From assembly GCA_963849605.1 (NCBI GenBank), contig CAWKHX010000002.1, forward strand, positions 398,424 through 462,423: a stretch of 64,000 bases of DNA. Reading direction: 5' to 3'. Shown here piece after piece: positions 9,807 through 19,752 of this stretch. The notes beneath the pieces are model-generated. The model searched no databases and was not told the origin of the DNA. It was given only the letters and a program-made list of their open reading frames with translations. The stretch comes from an uncultured Thermoleophilaceae bacterium (GTDB lineage: Bacteria; Actinomycetota; Thermoleophilia; Solirubrobacterales; Thermoleophilaceae). Positions within the stretch are counted from its first letter, which is position 1, and the number at the start of each line of letters is the position of its first letter. Both the position numbers and the translations under genes were made by a program.

Positions 9807-11236
9807 GGCCGCTCGAGGAGGTGCCGATCGCCGCGCAGTCGCCGGCACGGTTCGAGACCGTGCTGACGGAGACGCAGTGGTCGGACCTCCTCGCGACGAT
9901 CGAGCGCGCGCGGCGCATGATCGACGCGCGCGTCATCTGGAACGTCAACTCCACGGCCCGTGGGGGCGGCGTGGCCGAGCTCCTGCAGTCGCTCGTCGCG
10001 TACGTGCGCGGGGCCGGCTTCGACTGCCGCTGGAGCGTCATCGCCGGAAACCCGGACTTCTTCGCGGTGACCAAGCGGCTCCACAACCGCCTTCACGGCG
10101 CCGCCGGGGACGGCGGTCCGCTCGCTGAGGCGGAGCGGGCGATCTACGAGCAGGTCAGCGACGAGAACGCGCGCGCCCTCCGGCGGGATGTCCGCGCGGG
10201 CGACCTCGTTCTGCTGCACGACCCGCAAACCGCCGGGCTGGTGCGGCCGCTGCTCGACCGCGGGGCACACGTGATCTGGCGCTGCCATGTCGGGCTCGAC
10301 GTGCCAAACGACTTCGCGCGGTCGGCGTGGGACTTCCTGCGGCCGTACCTGGAGGATGCGCGGGCGCACGTGTTCTCGCGCAGGGCGTTCGCCTGGGAGG
10401 ACCTCGACCCCGAGCGGCTGTTCGTCATTCCGCCCTCGATCGACGTCTTCACCCCCAAGAACCAGCCGCTCGAGCCGCAGACCGTCTCCGCGATCCTCGC
10501 GATGGCCGGCCTCGGCGCGGGCAAGCCTCCCCGCGAAGCGCCGGTGTTCACACGCACGGATGGATCCCCGGAGCGCGTCGATGCCCGTGCCGAGGTGATC
10601 GAGGACGCGGCGCTGCCGGCGTCGGTACCGATCGTGACCCAGGTCTCGCGCTGGGACCGGCTCAAGGATCCCGCCGGGGTTCTCGAGGCGTTCGCGAGCA
10701 CCATCGCACCGCAGACCGACGCGCATCTGGTGCTCGCCGGTCCCGCCGTCGCGGCGGTCGCCGACGACCCGGAGGGCGCAGAGGTGCTGCGGGAGGTGGC
10801 GGTGCAGCGCGAGCAGCTTCCCGGCGAGGTCCGGTCGCGCGTTCATCTGGCGCTGCTCCCGATGGACGACGTCGAGGAGAACGCCGCGATCGTGAACGCG
10901 CTCCAGCGCCACTCCGACGTCGTGTGCCAGAAGAGTCTCGCCGAGGGGTTCGGCCTGACGGTCGCGGAGGCGATGTGGAAGGCGCGGCCGGTCGTCGCGT
11001 CGGCGGTCGGCGGGATCCAGGATCAGATCGTCGACGGCGAGACGGGCGTGCTTGTGGACGCGCGCGACCTGGACGCCTTCGGGCGCGCCGTCACGGGCCT
11101 GCTGAACGACCCCGCACGCGCAGCGCGGCTGGGCGAGCAGGCTCGGATCCGCGTACGCGAGGCGTTCCTCGGGCCGCGCCACCTCACGCAGTACGTCGAT
11201 CTCTTCGACCACGTGCTGCGCGAAGCGGCTCGGTAG
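9782..11236 (+). CDS. GT4-family glycosyltransferase (trehalose-synthase/TreT-like)
   Basis: C-terminal GT-B motif SLAEGFGLTVAEAMWKARPVVASAVGGIQDQI. ATG 9782 is in frame within track ORF 9476..11236. Confidence 0.75.
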   Translation: MARDAQELRPLEEVPIAAQSPARFETVLTETQWSDLLATIERARRMIDARVIWNVNSTARGGGVAELLQSLVAYVRGAGFDCRWSVIAGNPDFFAVTKRLHNRLHGAAGDGGPLAEAERAIYEQVSDENARALRRDVRAGDLVLLHDPQTAGLVRPLLDRGAHVIWRCHVGLDVPNDFARSAWDFLRPYLEDARAHVFSRRAFAWEDLDPERLFVIPPSIDVFTPKNQPLEPQTVSAILAMAGLGAGKPPREAPVFTRTDGSPERVDARAEVIEDAALPASVPIVTQVSRWDRLKDPAGVLEAFASTIAPQTDAHLVLAGPAVAAVADDPEGAEVLREVAVQREQLPGEVRSRVHLALLPMDDVEENAAIVNALQRHSDVVCQKSLAEGFGLTVAEAMWKARPVVASAVGGIQDQIVDGETGVLVDARDLDAFGRAVTGLLNDPARAARLGEQARIRVREAFLGPRHLTQYVDLFDHVLREAAR

Positions 11237-11442
11237 TTACCCACACCCGGATCGCGGGTCGCTCCCGATGTCCCGCTCGGACACCCGGCGTAGCGTCACG
11301 CACATGGGCGTTGCCGGAGGCTGAGCAGCTTGCGCTCGAGGAGGAACTGGCGCGCGAGCAGTGCGCGGTTGAGCTCGCGCTGCGTGAGGACCCGTTCGGC
11401 CACGACGCGGTTCTAGCGCACGCGGCGTGCGAGTATGCGCTC

Positions 11443-11910
11443 GTGCGGCGCGTGCGCCTCCCCGACGCCAGCTTCGAGTACGACCCGGAGGACCCGGCGG
11501 GCTTCCGCAGCGGGATGGCGCGCTTCGGACGCGACCTGGGCAGTGAGGAAAGCGGGGCCACGTTGTACGAGCTGCGGCCGGGCGAGGCGGTGTGCCCGTA
11601 CCACTACGAGTACGGCGAGGAGGAGTGGGCGCTCGTGCTCGAGGGGAAGCCGTCGGTGCGCACGCCTGACGGCACCGAGCAGCTGGAGCCGCTCGACCTC
11701 GTGTTCTTCCCGAAGGGACCCGAGGGCGCGCACCAGATCCGCAATGACGGCGACGCGCGCGCACGCGTCCTGATGTGGTCGACGGTGGTGCTCCCAACGG
11801 CGACCGTCTACCCCGATAGCGACAAGATCGGCGTCTGGACCGGCAACAAGGCCGACGACGTGATGGTCCGCCGCGAGAGCGGCGTCGAGTACTTCGACCG
11901 CGAGGGCTGA
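11443..11910 (+). CDS. cupin-domain protein
   Basis: VRRVRLPDASFEYD...GEAVCPYHYEYGEEEWALVLEG...FFPKGPEGAHQ resembles small bacterial cupins. GTG 11443 chosen as start. Confidence 0.7.
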   Translation: MRRVRLPDASFEYDPEDPAGFRSGMARFGRDLGSEESGATLYELRPGEAVCPYHYEYGEEEWALVLEGKPSVRTPDGTEQLEPLDLVFFPKGPEGAHQIRNDGDARARVLMWSTVVLPTATVYPDSDKIGVWTGNKADDVMVRRESGVEYFDREG

Positions 11911-11932
11911 CGCCCGGCGCTAATGCGAACAT

Positions 11933-13129
11933 GTGTTCGTGTCAGCCGATGCGACCGTCCTCCACGCGGACCTCGACTCCTTTTACGCGTCGGTCGAGCA
12001 GCGTGACGCCCCGCGGCTGAGGGGCCGCCCGGTGATCGTCGGCGGCGGGGTCGTGCTGGCCGCCAGCTACGAGGCGAAGAAGCACGGTGTCCAGGGCGGG
12101 ATGGGCGGCTCCGAGGCTCGGCGGAGGTGCCCGCAGGCAATCGTTGTGCCGCCCCGGATGGCCGCCTACTCCGAGGCCAGCAAGGCCGTGTTCGAGATCT
12201 TCGAGCAGACCTCGCCCGTCGTCGAGCCGCTCTCGATCGACGAGGCGTTCCTCGACACGCACGGGATGGAGGCTGTGTTCGGCACGCCCGAGCAGATCGC
12301 GACCCGGCTGCGCCGCGCGGTGCGGCAGGGCGTCGGGCTTCCGATCACCGTCGGGGTCGCGCGGACCAAGTTCCTCGCGAAGGTCGCGAGCGCCGTCGCG
12401 AAGCCGGACGGCCTGCTGGTGGTGCCACCCGGCAACGAGCTCGGCTTCCTCCACCCCCTCCCCATCGAGTACCTCTGGGGCGTCGGTCCCGTGACCTCGC
12501 GCAAGCTTCGCGCAGCCGGCCTTCCGACCGTGCGGGACGTCGCCGGGGCGGACGAGCGGGCGCTCGTCGAGCTGCTCGGGCGGGCTGCCGGTCGCCACAT
12601 CCACGCGCTCGCGCACAACCGCGACCCGCGGCGCGTGCGCGGCCGGCGGCGGCGGTCGATGGGCTCGCAGCGCGCGCTAGGCCGGCGCGCGCCCAAGTCG
12701 CCCGAGGACATCGACGCCACCATCGTCGCGCTCGTCGACCGGCTCGCTCGCCGGCTGCGAGCGGCCCGCCGCGTGTGCCGGACCGTCACGCTCCGGCTGC
12801 GCTTCGACGACTACTCGCGCGCGACTCGCGCACACACGCTCTCCGAAGCCACGGCGCAGACGCAGACGATCCTCGCGACGGCGCGCAAGCTGCTCGCCGC
12901 CGCGATGCCGATGATCGAGCGGAACGGCCTCACGCTCGTCGGAGTGGCGCTCGGCAACCTCGCCGACGACGGCGCAGTCCAGCTCGCGCTGCCGCTCGAG
13001 GACCACCGCGCAGCGGCCCTCGACGTGACGCTCGACACCCTGCGCGACCGCTACGGCTCCGGGGTGGTCACGCGCGCGGTGCTGCTCGGGCGCCCCACCG
13101 GCCCGGCGGTCCCTCTGCTGCCGGACTAG
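11933..13129 (+). CDS. dinB: DNA polymerase IV (Y-family)
   Basis: VLHADLDSFYASVEQRD, SIDEAFLD and GVARTKFLAKVAS motifs. Confidence 0.9.
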   Translation: MFVSADATVLHADLDSFYASVEQRDAPRLRGRPVIVGGGVVLAASYEAKKHGVQGGMGGSEARRRCPQAIVVPPRMAAYSEASKAVFEIFEQTSPVVEPLSIDEAFLDTHGMEAVFGTPEQIATRLRRAVRQGVGLPITVGVARTKFLAKVASAVAKPDGLLVVPPGNELGFLHPLPIEYLWGVGPVTSRKLRAAGLPTVRDVAGADERALVELLGRAAGRHIHALAHNRDPRRVRGRRRRSMGSQRALGRRAPKSPEDIDATIVALVDRLARRLRAARRVCRTVTLRLRFDDYSRATRAHTLSEATAQTQTILATARKLLAAAMPMIERNGLTLVGVALGNLADDGAVQLALPLEDHRAAALDVTLDTLRDRYGSGVVTRAVLLGRPTGPAVPLLPD

Positions 13130-15237
13130 GCGACCGTCTCGGATGGCTCCGAGAACCCGAGCCGCTCATGCAGGCGCCGCAGCGGGCGCGGCGCCCACCA
13201 GTTCCATTGGCCGAGCATGCGCATCAGCGCCGGGACGAGCAGAGCGCGGATGATCGATGCGTCGATCAGGACCGCCGCGGCCTGCGCGAAGCCCACCTCC
13301 TTCATGAAGAAGATCGAGCTGCTCGTGAACGCGAGGAACACGACGGCAAGCATCACCGCCGCGGCCGTGATGACGCGGCCTGTCCGCTCGATCCCGAGCG
13401 CGACCGCCGTCTCGTTGTCCTCGCCCGCGTCGTGGTACTCCTTGATCCGCGCCAGGACAAGCACCGCGTAGTCCGTCGCCAGGCCGAACGTCGTGGCGCC
13501 GACGACCACGAGCAGGGCGGTCTCGATCGCCTCGGGCCCGTTGTAGTCGAAGAGCCCCGACCCGAAGCCGTCCTCGAACACGAGCACCGTCAATCCGAAC
13601 GCGGCCACGATGCTGAAGACGTTCATCACGAGCGTCTTGAGCGGCAGAATCACCGACCCCGTCAGCAGGAAGAGGAGGATGAACGTGCTCGTGGCGACCA
13701 GCCCGGCGACGAGCGGGGCGTGGTCGATCAGGCTCTGCTTGAAGTCGATGAACTCGGCGCTCGCGCCGCCCACACGGCTGCCAGCCCCGGCGATCGAGCG
13801 GATCGACCGGGCGGTGTCCTGTGCCGCCGAGCTGAGCGGCTCGTCGACCGGCGTCGCCTCCAGCAGTGCGAGGTCGTTTCCGAGCGGCTGCGGCCGCGAC
13901 ACCGCGCGGACGCCGGCGAGCTCGGCGGTCTCCGCGCGCACGCGCGTCACATCGGCTCGGTCCACCGTGGCGGTGATCGGAGAGTCGAGGTTCGGCGTGA
14001 ACTCGGCGTCGATCGCGTCGGTCACCGTGCGCGCGTCGCGGCCCTCTGGCACCGACTGGTTGCCGGGCTGTACGAGCGTGGCACTCGCGAGCGGCAGCGC
14101 CGCCGCCACGAGCACGAGCGAGACCGCAAGGGCGACCGAGACCGGACGCCGCATCACCATCTGAGCGACGCGGAACCACCGTCCCGAGCCAACCGGCGGC
14201 GGCGGCGCGCGCCGCAGGCTCAGCGCGTTCACGCGCTCCCCAAGCAGCGCGAGCATTGCCGGAATCGCGAGCAACGCCCCGCCCGCCGCGAGCAGGGACA
14301 CGGCGGCGGCGCCGGCTCCCATCGAATAGAGGAAGCGTTGGGGCAGGACGATCATGGCCGCCGCGGCGGCGGCGACGGTCAGCCCGCTGAAGAAGATCGC
14401 TCGGCCCGCCGTCTCGACGGTGCGCCGGTGTGCCTCCCACCCGGGCCCTGAGCGCTCGAGCTCCTCGCGGTAGCGCGACACGAGCAGCAGCCCGTAGTCC
14501 ACCGCCAGGCCAAGGCCGAGCGCCGTCGTGATGTTCAGCGCGAAGATCGAGATCTCGCTGAACTCGCTCAGCACGCGCAGGGAGAGGAACGTGCCGACGA
14601 CGGCGAATCCCCCGATCAGCAGCGGGAGCGCCGCCGCAACCATTCCTCGGAACACGAGCAGCAGCAGCAGCGCGAGGATCGGGAAGGCGATCAGCTCGGC
14701 GCGCGTCAGGTCGTCGCGCACGGTGTCGTTTACGTCGTTGAATCCGACCGCGAAGCCGCCGACGGTCAGGTCGAGCTCCTCGGACTGCAGCGTCGGCGGG
14801 ATCCGCTCCGCGGCGTCCTCGAGGTCGGCCTGGTCCGTGTGCGCGAAGTGGCCGAGTATCAGCGCGGCGCCGCCGTCGCGCGAGACGAGCTGGGGTGAGG
14901 TGCGCGGCTCGAACGGCGTCCGGACCGCGGCAATCTCTGGATCGTCCGCCAGGACCTGCGCGAGGCGCTGAATCTCGGCTCTCGCCGTCGGCGTGCGCGC
15001 GTCGCCCTCGGGCGCTCGCGCCACGACCACGAGGCCCGGCGAGGGGTCGCGGCCGAGCATCTCCGCCGCCTGGTCGACCGCCCGCGCGCTCTCCGACCCC
15101 GGATCGGTGAACCCCGCCGGCTTGAGGCGATCGGCGACGTCACCGCCCGCCACGATCGCGAGCGCGACGAACGCCACGATCCCGGTCAGGACCCACTTGG
15201 GGTGCGCGTACGTCAGGCGGGCGAGGCGGTTGAACAC
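13126..15237 (-). CDS. MMPL-family (RND superfamily) membrane transporter
   Basis: About 700 aa with two 6-TM bundles and two periplasmic loops, MMPL-like. GTG 15237 (VFNRLARLTYAHPKW) preferred over ATG 15318. Confidence 0.8.
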   Translation of the reverse strand: MFNRLARLTYAHPKWVLTGIVAFVALAIVAGGDVADRLKPAGFTDPGSESARAVDQAAEMLGRDPSPGLVVVARAPEGDARTPTARAEIQRLAQVLADDPEIAAVRTPFEPRTSPQLVSRDGGAALILGHFAHTDQADLEDAAERIPPTLQSEELDLTVGGFAVGFNDVNDTVRDDLTRAELIAFPILALLLLLVFRGMVAAALPLLIGGFAVVGTFLSLRVLSEFSEISIFALNITTALGLGLAVDYGLLLVSRYREELERSGPGWEAHRRTVETAGRAIFFSGLTVAAAAAAMIVLPQRFLYSMGAGAAAVSLLAAGGALLAIPAMLALLGERVNALSLRRAPPPPVGSGRWFRVAQMVMRRPVSVALAVSLVLVAAALPLASATLVQPGNQSVPEGRDARTVTDAIDAEFTPNLDSPITATVDRADVTRVRAETAELAGVRAVSRPQPLGNDLALLEATPVDEPLSSAAQDTARSIRSIAGAGSRVGGASAEFIDFKQSLIDHAPLVAGLVATSTFILLFLLTGSVILPLKTLVMNVFSIVAAFGLTVLVFEDGFGSGLFDYNGPEAIETALLVVVGATTFGLATDYAVLVLARIKEYHDAGEDNETAVALGIERTGRVITAAAVMLAVVFLAFTSSSIFFMKEVGFAQAAAVLIDASIIRALLVPALMRMLGQWNWWAPRPLRRLHERLGFSEPSETVA

Positions 15238-15336
15238 TGACTTGCCCCGTACTCTTGCGTAAGAACCGACCAAAATGCGGGGCAAGCGCGCGCGGTGGGT
15301 TCGCCGTGGCTGGCACAAGGGGACTAACCGCTCAAG

Positions 15337-15597
15337 ATGCTGCTGATGGTTGGCGCCTTCATCGTCCCCGTCGGGCTCATGGCGGTCTTCGGCCCGTCCT
15401 GGCCGCTCGTGGCGCTCGCCGTCGGGAGCTTCATTGCGGGCGCGTTCGCAACGGGCCTGACGCGAGCTTCAGCGGCCGGCGACCGCCAGATGGCGGAGCC
15501 GATCGACGACCTCGACCCGACCTGGCAGGCGTTCATGATCGCCGTCGAGCGCGGCGGCGCGCCAGAGCCGTACGAGCTCGATCTGCCGTTGCGCTAG
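15337..15597 (+). CDS. small hypothetical membrane protein (2 TM)
   Basis: 86-aa ORF with high GC3 and two hydrophobic helices. Confidence 0.5.
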   Translation: MLLMVGAFIVPVGLMAVFGPSWPLVALAVGSFIAGAFATGLTRASAAGDRQMAEPIDDLDPTWQAFMIAVERGGAPEPYELDLPLR

Positions 15598-16361
15598 CGC
15601 AGAGCGCGCCGGCGCCCTCTGACCCAGAAGACGACCATGACTACCGCCGGCGGCACCGTGCCGGGCAGCGAGTCGACGACCAGGAAGAGCTGGTTGAACA
15701 GCTCGGCGGCCGCGAAGGTGGCCAGCGCAGCAATCGCCTGGGGCGACCGCTCGGCGGCCAGGATGGCGCCCACCAGCCCAGCGACGAAGTAATCGCCGTA
15801 GTCCGTTGAGACATCACCGATGTCAGCGACCTGCAGTCGAGGCAGGCCGGCGGCCGGTGCGGCCGCGTTGAACTGCGCATTCTGCTCGCCGAAGAAATCC
15901 CCGAAGATGAAGATGGCGTCGATCGTGGCCATCGCGATGACCCCGAGCTTCAGGAGCATGAGAGGGGCCGCACCTGCGAGCAGCCGTCCCGCGGTCACGA
16001 CCGACCCGACGATCAGGGCGAGCCTGCTGGCACGACCGAGCGGGTCATCGGGCGCGATCAGCGCCGCCGTCAGCAGAGGCACGACGAGCACCGCCATCCA
16101 GGGCCTCGCGCCGTGCATCGCCCAGCCCAGCGCAAGTGCGCAGCCGGGCGGCACGAGGAGAAACGCGAGCCATGTGTACACGTCCGCGCTGGTGGCGGTC
16201 AGGGTGACCGTGGCCGCCACGACGACCACGGCCAGCGGCGCCACGAGCGACCACCCGCGGCCTGTGAACCGCGACAAGACGGCAGGCACTCCTGCTGCTG
16301 GGAGCGCGACGCAGAGCGCCTGGGCGGCGTCGAGCAGTGCCGTGTCGGGCTCGAAGTACAC
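15594..16361 (-). CDS. hypothetical polytopic membrane protein
   Basis: 255-aa ORF with 6-8 predicted helices. No family recognised. Confidence 0.6.
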   Translation of the reverse strand: MYFEPDTALLDAAQALCVALPAAGVPAVLSRFTGRGWSLVAPLAVVVVAATVTLTATSADVYTWLAFLLVPPGCALALGWAMHGARPWMAVLVVPLLTAALIAPDDPLGRASRLALIVGSVVTAGRLLAGAAPLMLLKLGVIAMATIDAIFIFGDFFGEQNAQFNAAAPAAGLPRLQVADIGDVSTDYGDYFVAGLVGAILAAERSPQAIAALATFAAAELFNQLFLVVDSLPGTVPPAVVMVVFWVRGRRRALR

Positions 16362-16387
16362 CGTGCTGAAGGTGGCAAGCTAGCGGC

Positions 16388-16825
16388 GTGAACCCGCGCT
16401 TCAGGGTCATCGCACGGCGGACGGCCGTCGTCGCCGCCGTCGCGTCGCAACTCTTCTTCGTCGCGCGCGGCTACTGGGCGGACCACAAGGAGTTCGCGTT
16501 TCAGATGTTCCCGGAGTCGAGCACCTGGCGGGCGGACGTGGTCCGAGTGACCGCCGACGGCCGGCGCGTGCCCGTCGAAACTCCGTGGGCGGGGTACCGG
16601 TGGGCCGAGCTGGTGCCGAACGAGGGACTGAGTTACCCCTCAATTCGCCGCCACGCGACCGCCGGGCTCGACAACCAGCTCGCGTTTCTCGACTCCGCGC
16701 TCGACTGGGTGGCCGAGAACACTCCGCGCGACCATGAGACCCGGTACCTCGAGGCCACCGTCACGTCCTGGCACAACGACGACCAGCCGCAAGTCTCAGT
16801 CCTGCGAAGTGAGACGCGGCAGTGA
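16388..16825 (+). CDS. small N-terminally anchored protein, first gene of the HTTM operon (SdpA-like by position only)
   Basis: 145 aa with one TM helix. Its stop overlaps the GTG start of the HTTM gene (GTGA). Confidence 0.6.
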   Translation: MNPRFRVIARRTAVVAAVASQLFFVARGYWADHKEFAFQMFPESSTWRADVVRVTADGRRVPVETPWAGYRWAELVPNEGLSYPSIRRHATAGLDNQLAFLDSALDWVAENTPRDHETRYLEATVTSWHNDDQPQVSVLRSETRQ

Positions 16826-17959
16826 CCACCGTCGAGCTCGGTGCGCAGCGATCGATCGGCGCCCTGACGGCGGCGTTCGACGACCTGCTCGGCCGTCCGG
16901 TCAGCATCCGGGCCCTCGAGCTGCTCAGGGTGCTGGTCGGCCCGGTCGTGCTCCTGCACCTGCAGCCGTTCCTCTCCGACAGCCTGGACGGGCGCATCTA
17001 CAGCGACGCCTTCCACGAGCCCTACGCGGCGTGGTATCCGGAGGCGCCCGACGTGGTCTACACCGGCTTGCTCTGGCTGGCCGCCCTGGCCGCCGTCGCC
17101 ATGTCGCTCGGCCTGCTCACGCGCGTGGCCACGGCGACGACCTTCGCGATCGTCACCTACAACCTGTTCCTATCGACCACCCACTTCCACAACAACCGCG
17201 CGTACCTGGTGATCGTGCTGGGGCTGCTGACCGTCGCGCCGTGTGGACGAGAGCTGTCAGTGGACGCGTGGCTTCGCCGCCGCCGGGGGCAACCGGTGCC
17301 GGACCTCCGGGCGCCGGCCTGGCCGCTCTGGCTGCTGCGGTTCGAGTGCGCGGCGATCTACGGCGCATCTGGACTGAGCAAGCTGGTGGATCCCGACTGG
17401 TTCGGCGGCACCGTGAGCTGGCAGCGAGTCGTGCGGGCGCGCGACGACCTGGAGGCGTGGCCGCTGCCAGACTGGGCGATCTCCCTGCTCACCGACCGGA
17501 CCTTCCACACCGGGGCGGCCAAGTTCATCGTGCTCACCGAGCTGTTCATCGCGATCGGGCTGTGGCTGCGCCGCACCCGCTACGCGGCCGTGTGGGTGGC
17601 CGTCGTCTTCCACGTGATGATCGAGGCGTCGGCGTCGGTGCAGGTCTTCTCGCTTCTCGGCATAGCGGTGCTCTTGGTCTGGGCGACACCTTCGACGCGC
17701 GATCGCGTCATTCGCATCGATCCGACAAGCGCCGGGCACCGGCGATTGTGCGCGGTGGTCCGTGCGCTCGACTGGCTGGCCCGGTTCCGCGTCGAAACAG
17801 CTCCACCCCGCTCCGCGCTTGAGGTCGTGGACCGGGACGGCACGAGGCTGCGCGGAGCCGCCGGCCACCGGGATGGTCTTCAGTCGGCTTCCGCTGACGG
17901 CCTGGTTCGCCCTCCCGACCCTGCTCCTCCCCGGCGTCCGCCGCGCCCCCGCGCGATGA
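16822..17959 (+). pseudogene. HTTM-domain (SdpB / vitamin-K-dependent gamma-carboxylase-like) membrane protein with a degenerate DCC/DUF393-like C-terminal tail, frame change near 17850-17875
   Basis: Multi-pass HTTM-like N-terminus (RALELLRVLVGP.., HFHNNRAYL). After ..EVVDRDGTRLRGAA the coding signal (GC3 about 90% by hand count) moves to the frame of ORF 17762..17959. That frame ends in an ATGA overlap with the next gene. Confidence 0.65.
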
Positions 17960-19729
17960 TCGGCGGTCGGGTGTTGCGGGCCGGTCTGACCCTGGCCCTG
18001 ATCCTGGTCGCGTCGTTCGCGGTCGCGGCCCCGCCGGAGGACTGCCCGTCCGTTACAGCGGCCGAGCTGCGGCACTCGGCGCAGGCCGGTGTCGATTGGT
18101 TCGTCAGGAACCAGGATCCCGACGGCACGTGGCTCTACCTGTACGACGCGGAGGACGACTCGACGTCGCCCGAGTACAACGAGGTTCGCCATGCCGGAGC
18201 GACGATGGGCCTCTACCAGGCCGCGGCGGCCGGGCTGCCGCGGGCGGCGCGCTCCGCCGACCGGGGTCTCGAATGGGCGCTCGACAACGTGGTCGAACAC
18301 GAGGACTGGTCCGCGTTCGGCGGGACGGGGCGAGTGACAACCGGCGCGACGGCGCTCCTGGCCGCCGGGCTGACGTACCGGAGGGAGATCACGGGCGACA
18401 CCCGCTACGACCATCTGATGCGCCGGCTCGGGCGCTTCCTGCTCGGCCAGATGGAGCCGTCCGGCGCCGTCTCCGCAAGCTACTCCGAAGCGGACGACGC
18501 CCCGGTGGCTGGCGATTACTCGAAGTACTACACGGGCGAGGCGTACTGGGCCCTGGGCCGTCTGCACACGGCGTTCCCTGGCCAGGGCTGGGGCGAAGCG
18601 GCCGATCGCATCGGCGGCTACCTGGCGAAGTCGCGTGACGATGTCGAGGACTACTGGCCGGCGATTCCCGACCACTGGGCGGCCTACGGGGCCAGCGAGA
18701 CGGTGGAGTTCCCCGAACGCGGCGACCCGCCGCTCACCGACGACGAGCTGGACTATGCGCGCCGGCAGGCCGGGCTGTTCGGCGTGGGTGTCCGCTGGGT
18801 CGCTCAGCAGGCGGGACCCTGGGGCGAGCTCGTGCGCGGGGGCGACACCCCGCGTGGCGGCGGCTACGGGGTGATGAGCGAGGCGCTCACCGGCTGGTGG
18901 CTGACCGCAATGGCGGACCCGCGGCTGTCGGGCCTGCGTGAGCCGGTCGCCCACCGCGCGATGTGCGTGGCCGGACATGCCGTCGAGGCGCAATCGGATG
19001 CCGAGGACGCGGCCGGCGCCGCGCGGCCCGGGCGGGTCGAGGGCGCGTGGTTCCACCACGGCGAGACCCGTATGGACGACCAGCAGCACGCGCTCGCCGG
19101 GCTGCTGAGGACCACTCCGATCGCGGAGGCAAGCGCGGAAGGCTCGTCCGATTCCGGCGATGACGCACCGTCGTGCTGGCTGTGGGCACTCGTGCTCGTC
19201 CTCGCGCTCAACCCGGCGCGCGCCGCGTTCGCCGTCCCGCGCGGCCAACAGGACGCCGCGGGAGGTCCTCGAGGTGTCCGTGACGGGCGGTGCGATCGGC
19301 GGCCTCGCCGTCGTCGCGGCCGCGGCGCTAGCCGACCCGCTGCTGAACGCATTGGACGTCAGCGAACCGTCGTTCCGTGTCGCCGCGGGGATCGTCGCCG
19401 GGCTCGCCGGGATCAGCGACCTGTTCAGGCGACCGCCTCTGCCGGAGCCCGCGCTGCCCGGCCGCCGCGCAGCGCTCGTCCCCATCGCGATTCCAGCCGT
19501 GGCCCGCCCGGCCCTGCTCATTGTCGCCATCGGCGCCGGCGCCGACCAGGGCGTCCTCGTCAGCCTCGGCGCGATGGCGGCCGGTGTCGCGCTGCTGGCC
19601 GGGCTCGTCGCGAGCGTGCCTCAGGAGGGACCCCACGGCCGCGTCCTCCTGTGGGCGAGCCGGCTGCTGGCCGCGGGCCTGGTCGCCGGCGGCGCGATCC
19701 TCACCGTCGACGGGATCTTGGACGTCTAG
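17956..19729 (+). pseudogene. secreted alpha/alpha-toroid (prenyltransferase / terpene-cyclase-repeat-like) domain fused to a MarC-like 6-TM domain, frame change at GGG 19260-19262
   Basis: Signal-like MIGGRVLRAGLTLALILVASFAVAAP and the QW-like motif QDPDGTW. No stop lies in frame before MarC TM1 (LVLALNPARAAF). The rest of MarC (LDVSEPSFRVAAGIVAGL.., ALVPIAIPAV..) is in the frame of ORF 19160..19729. Confidence 0.6.
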
Positions 19730-19752
19730 CTGACGCTACTCCCGCCGCGTGG

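Noticed and set aside
9236-11212. Long antisense or alternative-frame ORFs (for example 9236..11212 -, 12127..14451 +, 13166..14440 -, 17257..19530 -, 21156..22373 +, 35941..37107 -, 62796..63872 -)
   Set aside because: Their translations are Arg/Ala/Gly/Pro-rich and low in complexity, and they mirror genes on the other strand or in another frame that have clear family motifs. These are typical stop-codon-poor shadow ORFs of high-GC DNA.
11237-11442. An N-terminal extension of the cupin gene (TTG start about 11308, ..PEAEQLALEEELAREQ..)
   Set aside because: Small cupins of this type begin at the MRRV(N/R)L motif, which matches GTG 11443. The extension has no SD and no known domain. It could still be real, or a remnant.
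15594-16361. An intramembrane aspartyl protease (presenilin/GxGD-like) reading of the 255-aa membrane protein, based on TIDAIFIFGDFF and TDYGDYFVAG
   Set aside because: Neither segment fits the YD...GxGD spacing or consensus. The resemblance is superficial.
19160-19163. The ATGA at 19160-19163 as a stop/start junction separating the toroid protein from a MarC gene
   Set aside because: The frame that would stop at this TGA translates upstream to ..AARARRAAEDHSDRGGKRGRLVRFRR, which is not coding-like. The ATG frame gives MTHRRAGCGHSCSSSRS.., which is not hydrophobic. The MarC TM1 and its NP motif are in the toroid frame. A fusion with one frame change is more parsimonious, but it is not proven.
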